Of a stretch of DNA of 55,983 bases, positions 46,933 through 55,983 are shown one piece after another. The stretch is taken from assembly GCA_964645485.1 (NCBI GenBank), contig CAZXZO010000011.1:1-55983 (forward strand), given 5' to 3'. Below the pieces are notes generated by a model, which ran no database searches, had not been told where the DNA came from, and saw nothing but the letters and a program-made list of their open reading frames with translations. Source of the DNA: an uncultured Candidatus Poseidoniales archaeon. GTDB lineage: Archaea > Thermoplasmatota > Poseidoniia > Poseidoniales > Thalassarchaeaceae. The translations under genes and the position numbers were made by a program. The first letter of the stretch is position 1. The number at the start of each line of letters is the position of its first letter.

Positions 46933-48048
46933 TTGATGAGTGAGGGTAAACTACATCCATTAATTATGGATTTAACACCGGCTCCAAACTCTCATCTCAA
47001 TTTAGACGAAATGGAGGAACCAACGCCTGCAACTAGAGGTTGGAAGAGGAGGTGGGTCGCTAGACTTGTTGCTTTAGCACTAGTCGGATTTGGAGTCTAC
47101 ACTTCAAGTTATGAACCACTTTTCACCGTGGTTATTTTGTTCATAATAATCGTTCCTTTTGAGAAACTATTTCCGCGCCATAAAGGACAGAAAGTGCTCC
47201 GGTCGAAAATTTCAACCGATGTCAGTTATGCCTTAGCCTCTCCCATTTTGAATATCATTGGGGCAATTGCAGCAGGTGTGGTAGCAATCATCAGTTTAAC
47301 TTGGATTCCAGGCCTTATGATTCGCCCATTAGTTGCGATGATTCCACCAATGGCAGCACCTGTCGTAGCACTAGTGCTATTCGACTTTGTAGTCTATTGG
47401 GCACACCGCTGGTATCACGAAGTACCCTTCCTATGGCGCTTCCATGCAATTCACCACTCTACTGAACATCTAGACTGGGCAAGTGGATTCAGAGCACACC
47501 CATTTGATGGAACATTGATCGCACCTGCTTTCATCTTCCTGATTGCTGCCGGCTTTGACCCCTCAACAGCAGGAATTATTGCAATCGTCCAAATTCTCAG
47601 TGGCTTATTCCTGCATGCAAATGTGAAGTGGCGATTCCGCCTACTACACAAGATTATCATCACACCAGAATTTCACCATTGGCACCATACCAATGAAGCG
47701 GAGGCAATTTGGTCAAACTACTCGGTTTTCCTACCAATTTGGGACCTCATATTCGGTACCTACTACATGCCCAAAGACAAGCGACCTCAAGTGTACGGGG
47801 TCGATGAATACATTCCAGATGGTATTACCGAACAGTTACTACACCCTCTACGTGGGATGGGTAACCCGATGTGGGTACTGCGTCATCCATTGAAGGCGAC
47901 GGTTCTTGGATTCGGGTCAACAAAGAGCCTCCTCAAACAAATGTGGCAATCAGCCACTCGCCCTCGCGGCCACACACCTTTCAAGAACCCAGAAGACAAA
48001 CAATTAGTTTCACCATTCCCAACTCGACCTGTCAATGAAGATGTATGA
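46933..48048 (+). CDS. Sterol desaturase / fatty acid hydroxylase superfamily protein
   Basis: His boxes HRWYH, HAIHH, HANV and HHWHH with several TMs. Confidence 0.92.
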   Translation: MMSEGKLHPLIMDLTPAPNSHLNLDEMEEPTPATRGWKRRWVARLVALALVGFGVYTSSYEPLFTVVILFIIIVPFEKLFPRHKGQKVLRSKISTDVSYALASPILNIIGAIAAGVVAIISLTWIPGLMIRPLVAMIPPMAAPVVALVLFDFVVYWAHRWYHEVPFLWRFHAIHHSTEHLDWASGFRAHPFDGTLIAPAFIFLIAAGFDPSTAGIIAIVQILSGLFLHANVKWRFRLLHKIIITPEFHHWHHTNEAEAIWSNYSVFLPIWDLIFGTYYMPKDKRPQVYGVDEYIPDGITEQLLHPLRGMGNPMWVLRHPLKATVLGFGSTKSLLKQMWQSATRPRGHTPFKNPEDKQLVSPFPTRPVNEDV

Positions 48049-48101
48049 GCGGGGCAAGGCTATGACAGAAGACCATAGTTGAAACATTAGGAGATGGGTT
48101 A

Positions 48102-48455
48102 GTGGCTCGAAAAGTAGATGCTGTTACCGAACTTAGAAGAGGGGCTTTTGAGTTAGCACTTTTAGCGTATCTGAATAAAGAGGCAAACTTTGGCGGGGCT
48201 ATCATTGATGGACTTGAGGAAGCGACTGCTGGTGGATTTACCATAACAGAAGGGGCTCTCTACCCAGCCCTTGGCAGGCTCGAAAAGAAGGGGTACCTGA
48301 AACCTGAAATGCGGAAAGAAATTGAGGGAAGGAAAGCACGAAAATACTACTCATTGACTAGTGAAGGAGAAGAGAGATTGAGGGAATTAAAAGATGCTTG
48401 GATTCCACTGGTTGAAGGAATAAATACATTATTTGGAGATGATAATAATGAATGA
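48102..48455 (+). CDS. PadR family transcriptional regulator
   Basis: ELRRGAFELALL, EGALYPALGRLEKKGY, RKYYSLTSEG. Confidence 0.95.
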   Translation: MARKVDAVTELRRGAFELALLAYLNKEANFGGAIIDGLEEATAGGFTITEGALYPALGRLEKKGYLKPEMRKEIEGRKARKYYSLTSEGEERLRELKDAWIPLVEGINTLFGDDNNE

Positions 48456-48981
48456 AATTGAGATCTATTTGAAGAAAGTGCGGAAAGGAATGAGGTTTGT
48501 TTCTGGAAAAAATAAAAGGTCATTCTGTGGTGAATTAGGAGCCCAATTTGAACATCGTGGCACCTTACCTCAAGAGAACCCTGTTACCTTAGGGAAAGCA
48601 ATGCGCCAAGTGTATGGAATAGGGATGTTTTATCGTATTTTCTTAATTGTCACCGCATTTCCTTTAGGAGTTCTCTCAACCCCGATGATTGAGGCTTGGT
48701 TCCCAGGTGTTCCTGTCAATTTCTTCCTTCTTCTTGCCCTCATTTGGGTCTTCCTTGCCGCTTACTACGGCGGGCGGTGGTCCGGTTTATTCACAGGTTT
48801 TTCTGCTGCAGTTCCAAGAATCATTGCCTTGATTCTATTCACTTTTGGATTGGATTTTATCAACAAATTCTTTGACTCATTTGAAGTTTCAGAGGGTGAT
48901 ATCGGATTGGTCTTAATCACATCAATTCTACTACCAATTGTTGGATTCTTTGCAGGTGGGCGCATCCGCCGCCCTGACTGA
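48433..48981 (+). CDS. Membrane protein with HAAS-like N-terminal helical domain
   Basis: Likely start ATG 48448 overlapping the padR end; EIYLKKVRKGM...FCGELGAQF then about 4 TMs. Confidence 0.65.
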   Translation: MEMIIMNEIEIYLKKVRKGMRFVSGKNKRSFCGELGAQFEHRGTLPQENPVTLGKAMRQVYGIGMFYRIFLIVTAFPLGVLSTPMIEAWFPGVPVNFFLLLALIWVFLAAYYGGRWSGLFTGFSAAVPRIIALILFTFGLDFINKFFDSFEVSEGDIGLVLITSILLPIVGFFAGGRIRRPD

Positions 48982-49198
48982 AGAAGAGACGAAGATCAGT
49001 ACGAAGCGGCGGAGGCCCGGGTTGAATGAGGACCGTGGTGACCAACACAATCCAAGCCAAAACAAAGTTGAACATGGTGAGCAGAAAATGTGCCACCCAG
49101 TATCTTGGCCATAGTAACTAGCAACCTAGTCAGCAAATAAAGATGATGCCGGATTGATTCATAGAAATTAGGTTAAATCCCGGTTTGCGGAAACCTCG

Positions 49199-52100
49199 TC
49201 AGAAAAAATCGTCTAATGTGTACACTTTCACACGGTCATTTTTGAATAAACTATCAAGTGAATCTGCTAAGACTGCATATTTTTGTTGAGTATAGTTTGA
49301 TGTTCCAAACGTTTCCATAACGTGATTTGCTACTTTGACATATTTCCTCACTGCCCCTTCTGACACCGTCATAATGAGGTTGCCACCACATTGCATTGGG
49401 CCTTCGCTTCGAGTGATTGCTGCTGTACCTGTAGTGGCTTTAATTGGTTTAATGCATTTACCAGATAGTGGGGCCCTTCGAAATTTTTCTCCACAACGAC
49501 CACACCTGAATTTTTGACGAGTGAAGGCCAATAAATTACCTCTCAAGTCGGGGAAGAAATGAGATTCAACTACCGACGATGCCACCTTTTCAACATTCAC
49601 AGAGCGTAGACGCTGGGCCAAAGAAATTTGAGCATTCATTTTGTCAACCATTGTATCGAGTATCTTGTATGCAGAGTTAGATGGGCCTGCGTCCAACGAT
49701 GTTAAATCGTGAGTATAGCCATATCCTCTTAGTGCACCAACGGTGCCAATTCTCTTTTCTACGAAATCCATGATTTCAGTTACTTCTTTTGGATGTGGCA
49801 TTTTAGTAGTTGCTTCATAGAATTCCCGTGGATAGAACCAAGCAGAATCAACATTCAACGCTTCCTTATCCAATTCAGCTGGGTTCAAACGTGTAGTAAG
49901 AACAAGTGGCGCATCCATTCTACCGCCTCTATTTGCAGGAAGTATTTGTTTAGAGAAATTTAGTAAACCATCAAGCAATAACATGATACAATCTTCATCT
50001 CCATCACAATTTCTACGCTTAGCAGCATGGAAAAGTGTGTGGGCATAACCACCTGAGGCATCGGTAAATCCAATAATTCTACAAAGCACACCACCAGATG
50101 TGTGGGGTGCTAATGCAATTCCCATTTGGCCAACAAGTCCTTCCACATCTTCAACATTGTAATATGGCTCCATTTTGTAGAATCTAATTAGCATATCATC
50201 AATAAAATTGCAAGTGTTCATTAAGTGAGATATTCCTTTCGAACTTGGGATAAAATCTTGAGGATACAACTCTATTACTTGAGTATCTGATTCAAGGGGT
50301 GCACCATCCACATCCGAGTCATAACCAAGTTCAACCAAGCGTTGCCAAGAAGTACCTATTTCACAAGGCCTAAAGTGAGTTACAGGGATATCGGACATGT
50401 CAAACCTCACAGTCCCATCACGAAACACGGGTAAATTGTGGTGGGCGCGTAATATTCCTTTCTCAAGAGGTTCTGGTGTTTGGGTTTTAGAAGTTAAACC
50501 CTTAATGCATTTCACCTTAGGGATTTTGTCAATCTCCAGTTCTTCAATCTTAGATTCAAGGATATTTGTTAATGGAATCGTTTGAAATTCACCTTGCCGG
50601 CGGCTATTGGGATTTGATGATTTAATTTGCAACGTCCTACCGTTACAAGTTGAGGCGAAATCGGCTGCATCTAGGCGATGGTGACATCTCATGAACGGTG
50701 AAGGCCTGCCGCATTTAGTACACTCACGAGCCCCCATTGAAATTCTCAAATTACCCCGACTTGATGCAACAGTGAGTAAACGCTGAGGGCCACCTTGAGT
50801 GCCCACCGGGAATAATGAATGGACTGAGGTTTTCATCAACCGAGCGGCCGCTTTTTCGGGTCGAGCCATCCTCGCTCCAATACGGACTGGAGTATTGTGT
50901 TCCCACCTTGCTTCACTGCATTCTCTAATGATGTTGAGTATACCATCAACCTCGTGCTCATCAAGCAATTTTTGCGCAGCAATTAGCCGGTCTGGGTCAG
51001 TGGTGCCTTCATCTACAACTGTTGCTGCTGCTTCATCTCCGGCTTTGTCAGTGGCTGCAATCCCTTCTCCTCTCTGACGAGCCGCTGTTTGAGCTTGAAT
51101 TCGAATTTTTTCTCTTTTTTCTTCAAGAATATTATATCTTTCTGATTCTGTTTTGAGAATTTTAATGGCACCTTCAATTCGCTGAAAACGGTCTTCGAAA
51201 TGGGGTAACAATTCTACCCTCTTCACAATCTTTTCATCTTGTACCTTCAATCCCAACCCATCTAGCAATCCTTCCCAACTAGATGTGACAATAATGTCAT
51301 CACCCGTGTGGTGATGGGGTAGCCCTAACAGCATCATAGAGGTCTTTAACATGCCATGTTGAAGGTGTAAATCTCCACACCGATACGATGCTTTGAGTGG
51401 TGGAGGAATCTCAATTTTATTTCCAGGTGGGTTGCTGGCTTCACCTTCTTGATGCCAGCCTTTTGCACCATCTTTCAACCTCATCCAGTGTATTGATGTT
51501 GCATCATTATTCCATGAATCTTGAGGAGATTCCTCAGCAGATACTATCTCTGCCTCTTGGATAATCGAATGTAGTACTGCAAGCCATTCTAAAGGTAAAT
51601 CCAACCAATTTAAATTCCAAGGAGGTGGAATCGCACAATTGAATTGATGGCTAATTCTGAGTGCAGAGTTCCAATCAAGTGGCATTGTTTGCAAGTGCTT
51701 GACCCACGATTTCTTCAAGTGAAATTTATCCAAATCATCATTTGAAATCATACCGGGTATTCCATCAGGAAGTTGTGACCTGTCAATTTCTAAAGCCTTG
51801 ACAAATTTTGACAAAGACTCCTCATCATCAATTGCTTCAATGAGTTCTGCTGCCCACCAATCACGATTATACGCAGAGGGAATGAGATTCTTATTATTCT
51901 CAAGAAACTCACCAAAACCTAGCATCATTTCTCCATTATCCCAAATAGAAATGACTTCATCGTCAATTTCATTCCACTGTGACAATATATCTACTCTACC
52001 AAATTGACCATCTTTGAGAATCACGGTTGGTCCCTGAAGTGAGTCACAAGGTGTGATAGCACACGCTTTCCCAGGTCTTTCTATTTTCAATTGGGTGCCT

Positions 52101-53185
52101 ACAGCGATGAATTCCCCCATCGCGTGCATTGTAACTGGTGACAACGCTCCCGCGGCCAAGCCTGTAGCCCGAGACCTTCCGTATCTAAGGCGGAAACCAC
52201 CTGCTGCAAGAGGTTCTCCAAATACAGGTCGGCCCGCAATGATGTCTTCCATGAATCTAGTAATTGGCTTAATTGAGCGCTTTTCAAACCCGCCGCCATT
52301 TCCTTCTTCCTCAGCCTTGCTCTTATTGGCAAAATGGCTGATGAACTGCCATCCTTCAATTTTCAATCTCTCAGTATGTTTCTGTACTTTAGGTGCTTTG
52401 AGGCATAATCCTTCACCAATTACGAGCAGAACACCACCTCTTACCCGTGAGCCATCTACATTCTCAATATTACCATATCCAGCGCATTCTTGAGCCTCCG
52501 TGGATTCCCCATTCACCATTATTGGGCAGGCTTTGACAATTGTTTCAATCTCTTCTGGTGGTGGCCGATATTGTAAGTTTCCGCGGTATAAACCAAATTC
52601 TTCTTTGACCCTTTCAATCTCTTCATGCCGGGCAATGTATGGGCCAACATCCAACTCCCTTCTCACTACATCTGTGATGAGTACTGCCAATGCTTGGGCT
52701 GTGCCACCAGCGGCCCGAATCGGGCCGCAAAAGTCTACGGAAACAAATCGTGAACCATCAGCATTATTCAGTAATCTCACATTACTAATACCTTCAAGCG
52801 GCGCCACAAGTACTGCTTCAGTCAATATTGCAAGTCCAACCCGCAATCCAACCTCAATTGCTTTCACTAAATCTCCAGTGCGTGTATGATACCTCTTAGC
52901 AACCGTTTTACTCATTTCAATGGCTGTAGTTTCCCGGTCAACTTTTAGCAATAGTTGTCTTAGTTCTTCTGCAATTTTCAAACCATCTAAATATTCATCA
53001 AGCAATTTTTCAGTTCTATCTGCTAGGTCGGATGCCCTAGGGATTTCAACTTCCTCCGTGAAGTCTTTACCTAAACTTCTTGCCTTTTCAGCAATTTGAT
53101 ATTCAATTTCACAGCGCTCATCCAGCCAGGCATGGTAAGCATCCATCTCTTTGGATAGTTGCTCTTCATTCCAAGGATGTAACAT
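49199..53185 (-). CDS. polC: DNA polymerase D large subunit (DP2)
   Basis: GPIRAAGGT, GGFRLRYGRSR, RPEKA, DGTVRFD, AKRRNCDGDED, C-terminal CxxC zinc module. Confidence 0.97.
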   Translation of the reverse strand: MLHPWNEEQLSKEMDAYHAWLDERCEIEYQIAEKARSLGKDFTEEVEIPRASDLADRTEKLLDEYLDGLKIAEELRQLLLKVDRETTAIEMSKTVAKRYHTRTGDLVKAIEVGLRVGLAILTEAVLVAPLEGISNVRLLNNADGSRFVSVDFCGPIRAAGGTAQALAVLITDVVRRELDVGPYIARHEEIERVKEEFGLYRGNLQYRPPPEEIETIVKACPIMVNGESTEAQECAGYGNIENVDGSRVRGGVLLVIGEGLCLKAPKVQKHTERLKIEGWQFISHFANKSKAEEEGNGGGFEKRSIKPITRFMEDIIAGRPVFGEPLAAGGFRLRYGRSRATGLAAGALSPVTMHAMGEFIAVGTQLKIERPGKACAITPCDSLQGPTVILKDGQFGRVDILSQWNEIDDEVISIWDNGEMMLGFGEFLENNKNLIPSAYNRDWWAAELIEAIDDEESLSKFVKALEIDRSQLPDGIPGMISNDDLDKFHLKKSWVKHLQTMPLDWNSALRISHQFNCAIPPPWNLNWLDLPLEWLAVLHSIIQEAEIVSAEESPQDSWNNDATSIHWMRLKDGAKGWHQEGEASNPPGNKIEIPPPLKASYRCGDLHLQHGMLKTSMMLLGLPHHHTGDDIIVTSSWEGLLDGLGLKVQDEKIVKRVELLPHFEDRFQRIEGAIKILKTESERYNILEEKREKIRIQAQTAARQRGEGIAATDKAGDEAAATVVDEGTTDPDRLIAAQKLLDEHEVDGILNIIRECSEARWEHNTPVRIGARMARPEKAAARLMKTSVHSLFPVGTQGGPQRLLTVASSRGNLRISMGARECTKCGRPSPFMRCHHRLDAADFASTCNGRTLQIKSSNPNSRRQGEFQTIPLTNILESKIEELEIDKIPKVKCIKGLTSKTQTPEPLEKGILRAHHNLPVFRDGTVRFDMSDIPVTHFRPCEIGTSWQRLVELGYDSDVDGAPLESDTQVIELYPQDFIPSSKGISHLMNTCNFIDDMLIRFYKMEPYYNVEDVEGLVGQMGIALAPHTSGGVLCRIIGFTDASGGYAHTLFHAAKRRNCDGDEDCIMLLLDGLLNFSKQILPANRGGRMDAPLVLTTRLNPAELDKEALNVDSAWFYPREFYEATTKMPHPKEVTEIMDFVEKRIGTVGALRGYGYTHDLTSLDAGPSNSAYKILDTMVDKMNAQISLAQRLRSVNVEKVASSVVESHFFPDLRGNLLAFTRQKFRCGRCGEKFRRAPLSGKCIKPIKATTGTAAITRSEGPMQCGGNLIMTVSEGAVRKYVKVANHVMETFGTSNYTQQKYAVLADSLDSLFKNDRVKVYTLDDFF

Positions 53186-53322
53186 TGCTCAATCGCCGTC
53201 CCGCTTCCCAACAAAGCAGTTTAGAAAGCGGGCGCTAAAAGTCATTCGCACTGTGCAAGATTAGATAATTAGTAGAAATTCAGAACTCGCAACGTTGATG
53301 GCCCTGCCTTGATTACAACGTT

Positions 53323-53922
53323 TTGGCGACAAGCATGGGCGAATCAACAAGCACACTGGATGCAAAGGAATCATTGATTGAGAAAATACGAGAACTAGCT
53401 TGGCTTCGTTCAGACCACGAAGAATTCACCTTGGCAAGTGGGCGTACCAGTCGTCACTTTTTTGATATGAAACCAGTCATGATGGATCCACAATGTGCAC
53501 ACTATCTCGGGGTGTTAATCCATGCCAAACTCGAGGAACTCGGGGGTATTGACACAGTTGGGGGGCTTGAACTTGGAGCGGTTCCATTAACCGGGATTGC
53601 CATCGCTAAGGCAGGAGTGGGCAGTAATCTCAGAGGATTCATAATGCGAAAAGAACCCAAAGGTAGGGGCGGGCGCAAAACAGGTAATCCACCGGGCATT
53701 GAGGGCTCGACTCTAATTGCGGGTGACAGGTGTGTCATCTTAGAAGATGTAACCACCACAGGTGGCTCTGCTCTAAAAGCAGTTGACAGACTTATTGAGA
53801 TGGGTTGCGATGTTGTTGGTTGCATCACAATACTTGACCGCCAAGAAGGAGGGTTGGAGGCATTCGCGGAAGCGGGTGTGCCGCTGTATCCTTTAGCAAC
53901 TCTAGCGGATATTGAAGCGTAA
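53323..53922 (+). CDS. pyrE: Orotate phosphoribosyltransferase
   Basis: FTLASGRTS, GLELGAVP, RKEPKG, ILEDVTTTGGS PRPP-binding loop. Confidence 0.92.
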   Translation: MATSMGESTSTLDAKESLIEKIRELAWLRSDHEEFTLASGRTSRHFFDMKPVMMDPQCAHYLGVLIHAKLEELGGIDTVGGLELGAVPLTGIAIAKAGVGSNLRGFIMRKEPKGRGGRKTGNPPGIEGSTLIAGDRCVILEDVTTTGGSALKAVDRLIEMGCDVVGCITILDRQEGGLEAFAEAGVPLYPLATLADIEA

Positions 53923-54011
53923 TTTTATCCCATATTTTATGCCTAATCATAAGTTTATAGAGAAGGTGTTTTGAATACATCAAATGCAACTCAGTAATTA
54001 TTATAGAGAAA

Positions 54012-54482
54012 GTGAATAATACTCTCCCCCCCTCTCGACAAAAAGGGTATTGGATGACCGAATCTCAAAACGCAACTATCGTTCGCCGTTGGTTTGAAGA
54101 AGGTTGGAACAAAAATAATTCAAATCTGATAGACGAAATATTTTCACCATCTTTTCGTGCTGATGGTGGCCCGCATGGAATGCTTGATAGACTTGGGTAC
54201 AAACAGTACTTTGAGGCTGTTCACCGTGCTTCACCAGATGTACAGTGCAGAATTATTGAGTTAATTGATGCGGATGAATATGTTGTTTCAAAAATCATCT
54301 CAGAAGGTACCCACTCAGGTTCTATCAAGGGACTTGACGCCTCTGGGGAATTTATTTCTACAGAGATAATTGATATTTGGTATATTGTAGATGGGAAAAT
54401 CGTAGAGCGAAAAAATGCTGAATTTGATTTACTTGGACTCAAAGAACAGGTCAATCAACGAGTTAGATATGAAAAAGAATGA
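54012..54482 (+). CDS. SnoaL-like ester cyclase (NTF2-like fold)
   Basis: ATIVRRWFEEGWN...EGTHSG...DIWYIVDGKIVE; likely start ATG 54054. Confidence 0.85.
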   Translation: MNNTLPPSRQKGYWMTESQNATIVRRWFEEGWNKNNSNLIDEIFSPSFRADGGPHGMLDRLGYKQYFEAVHRASPDVQCRIIELIDADEYVVSKIISEGTHSGSIKGLDASGEFISTEIIDIWYIVDGKIVERKNAEFDLLGLKEQVNQRVRYEKE

Positions 54483-55048
54483 CTTTTTCCTCTATATGGT
54501 TAACCATTAGACTCAAAATCTCTAGGCCCCCGGCCTTATTCATGACAAACGTATTGATGCAGACTAGCGAAGGAAATGTGACCCTTGAAGTATTCACCGA
54601 AAAGATGCCTATTACAACAGCAAATTTTCTAAAATTAATTGATGAGGGCTATTACAATGGGTTGCACTTTCACCGAGTTATCAAAGGCTTCATGATTCAA
54701 GGTGGATGTTCAATTTCCAAAGACCCGTCATCCCCAAGATGTGGAACGGGTGGACCTGGATACACTATTCAAGACGAACACCCATCAGACGCACAATTCA
54801 CTAATGATGTTGGTACTCTTTCAATGGCTAACACTGGCCGACCAAACTCGGGTGGGGCGCAATTTTTCATCAACACAAATCACAATTCATTCCTTGATTG
54901 GTGGGATAGAAGCACACCTTCTGCCCACCCTGTTTTTGCTAAGGTGACTGAAGGTATGGATGTAATCAGAAAAATTGAAGGGAGTCCAACCGGAATGCAA
55001 GATAGACCAAAAACTCCAATCCAAATCGTTTCCATCACACGTGTGTGA
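54479..55048 (+). CDS. Cyclophilin-type peptidyl-prolyl isomerase
   Basis: FHRVIKGFMIQGG, LSMANTGRPNSGGAQFFIN; likely start ATG 54542. Confidence 0.95.
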   Translation: MTFSSIWLTIRLKISRPPALFMTNVLMQTSEGNVTLEVFTEKMPITTANFLKLIDEGYYNGLHFHRVIKGFMIQGGCSISKDPSSPRCGTGGPGYTIQDEHPSDAQFTNDVGTLSMANTGRPNSGGAQFFINTNHNSFLDWWDRSTPSAHPVFAKVTEGMDVIRKIEGSPTGMQDRPKTPIQIVSITRV

Positions 55049-55066
55049 TTTGGTTTTTTTTGGTTT
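55049..55066 (+). terminator. Oligo-T terminator after the cyclophilin gene
   Basis: tttggttttttttggttt directly after the TGA, with T8 at 55054-55061. Confidence 0.5.
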
Positions 55067-55156
55067 AACCGACCTATTTGCAATGGGTTTCAATAGCGAT
55101 TATTGAACTATTATTACTTCGTTAATTTATTAAGTAACCGGCTACGTCCTTTGTTT

Positions 55157-55983
55157 ATGGCAAAGCATCGAGCAGGTGATCGGAGAATAATTAGCATCAG
55201 CATTCCAGAGGATTTGGCTAAGCGGCTTGATAGGAAAACAGGGCGCGGCCGTAAAGGCGGACGCTCTGCAACAATCACCCAACTCATTACCTCAGGATTA
55301 GAAAATGATTCTCATATTCAATCTTCAAATAACGCAGAAGTGACTTCCCGTAGTGCTGATGCGACACAAGGGGAAGTGCGGATTGAAACAGACACAATGG
55401 GTGAATTGCAAGTTCCAGCCGACAAATATTATGGCGCCCAAACTGCTCGTTCCCTGATCAATTTTGATATTGGTAACGATATAATGCCAAGAGCATTAAT
55501 CAGAGCATTTGGCATTTTGAAGCAGGCGGCTGCAGATACTAATCTAGAATTAGGTGAATTAGATAGTGCTACTGCGAAATTAATCAGCAAAGCTTGTGAT
55601 GAGGTAATTTCGGGAGAATTAGATGGGCATTTTCCACTCAGGATTTGGCAAACTGGTTCAGGCACTCAAACCAATATGAATTCAAATGAGGTTATCGCAA
55701 ATCGGGCAATTGAGATCGCCGGGGGTAAATTGGGGAGTAAAACACCTGTTCACCCAAATGACCACGTCAACAGAGCACAATCTAGTAATGACACTTTTCC
55801 AACAGCAATGCACATCTCAGCGGCAGAAGAAATTCACCATCAATTATTACCCTCGCTAAACCATTTGAAGGCTGTTTTATCCTCGAAGGCTGATGAGTTT
55901 TCTAGCATAGTAAAAATCGGCAGAACTCACTTAATGGACGCTGTACCACTTACTTTAGGTCAAGAATTCTCTGGTTATGTTGC
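55157..55983 (+). CDS. fumC: Class II fumarate hydratase with N-terminal ribbon-helix-helix domain (3'-truncated)
   Basis: Translated by hand from ATG 55157 with no stop to the window end: [73 protein letters not shown]. Confidence 0.95.
   Translation, partial: MAKHRAGDRRIISISIPEDLAKRLDRKTGRGRKGGRSATITQLITSGLENDSHIQSSNNAEVTSRSADATQGEVRIETDTMGELQVPADKYYGAQTARSLINFDIGNDIMPRALIRAFGILKQAAADTNLELGELDSATAKLISKACDEVISGELDGHFPLRIWQTGSGTQTNMNSNEVIANRAIEIAGGKLGSKTPVHPNDHVNRAQSSNDTFPTAMHISAAEEIHHQLLPSLNHLKAVLSSKADEFSSIVKIGRTHLMDAVPLTLGQEFSGYV

Noticed and set aside
48060-48078. CTATG-N9-CATAG upstream of padR as its operator
   Set aside because: 5-bp arms are weak and there is no clear TATA box nearby; kept only as a fallback candidate.
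48982-49165. Hydrophobic minus-strand frame (YWVAHFLLTMFNFVLAWIVLV) as a pseudogene
   Set aside because: Interrupted by stops, no recognisable family, and it runs antisense into a real gene.
49199-53185. Intein in DP2
   Set aside because: No C/S...HN splice junction or LAGLIDADG motif; length is close to an intein-free DP2.
53955-54014. Direct repeat TTATAGAGAA upstream of the SnoaL-like gene
   Set aside because: Plausibly two TATA-like elements or AT-rich chance; no further support.
438-55665. Numerous short antisense or alternative-frame ORFs in the track, such as 4510..5064 +, 30778..31596 + and 52053..52889 +
   Set aside because: They overlap well-supported genes and lack recognisable motifs; treated as shadow ORFs.

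Overview
Gene-dense chromosomal segment of an archaeon. It is most likely Marine Group II (Ca. Poseidoniales), inferred from PolD large subunit, Rpo3 (rpoD), archaeal rps13-rps4-rps11, PriL, pantoate kinase, a class III archaeal pilin, type II MAP, and many TSP3/WD40 and membrane-anchored acidic proteins. Content is mostly housekeeping and cell-surface genes, including a pilin next to a GT2/GT4/GT4/flippase cluster. I saw no CRISPR array, rRNA, tRNA, intein or transposase. The most unusual items are: (1) a class II fumarase, running off the window end and missing from the ORF track, fused in frame to an N-terminal ribbon-helix-helix DNA-binding domain, with palindromes at its own promoter (candidate PutA-like trigger enzyme); (2) a close look-alike of the eukaryotic nuclease CDIN1/C15orf41 (TPD family); (3) a putative operon (secreted protein, His-box desaturase, PadR, HAAS-like membrane protein) whose TATA box is bracketed by two copies of a palindrome; (4) a LeuRS with a bacterial core and an archaeal C-terminal domain; (5) an orphan PAS histidine kinase and two one-component regulators. 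Family calls come from motif recognition and recalled family sequences, not database searches.
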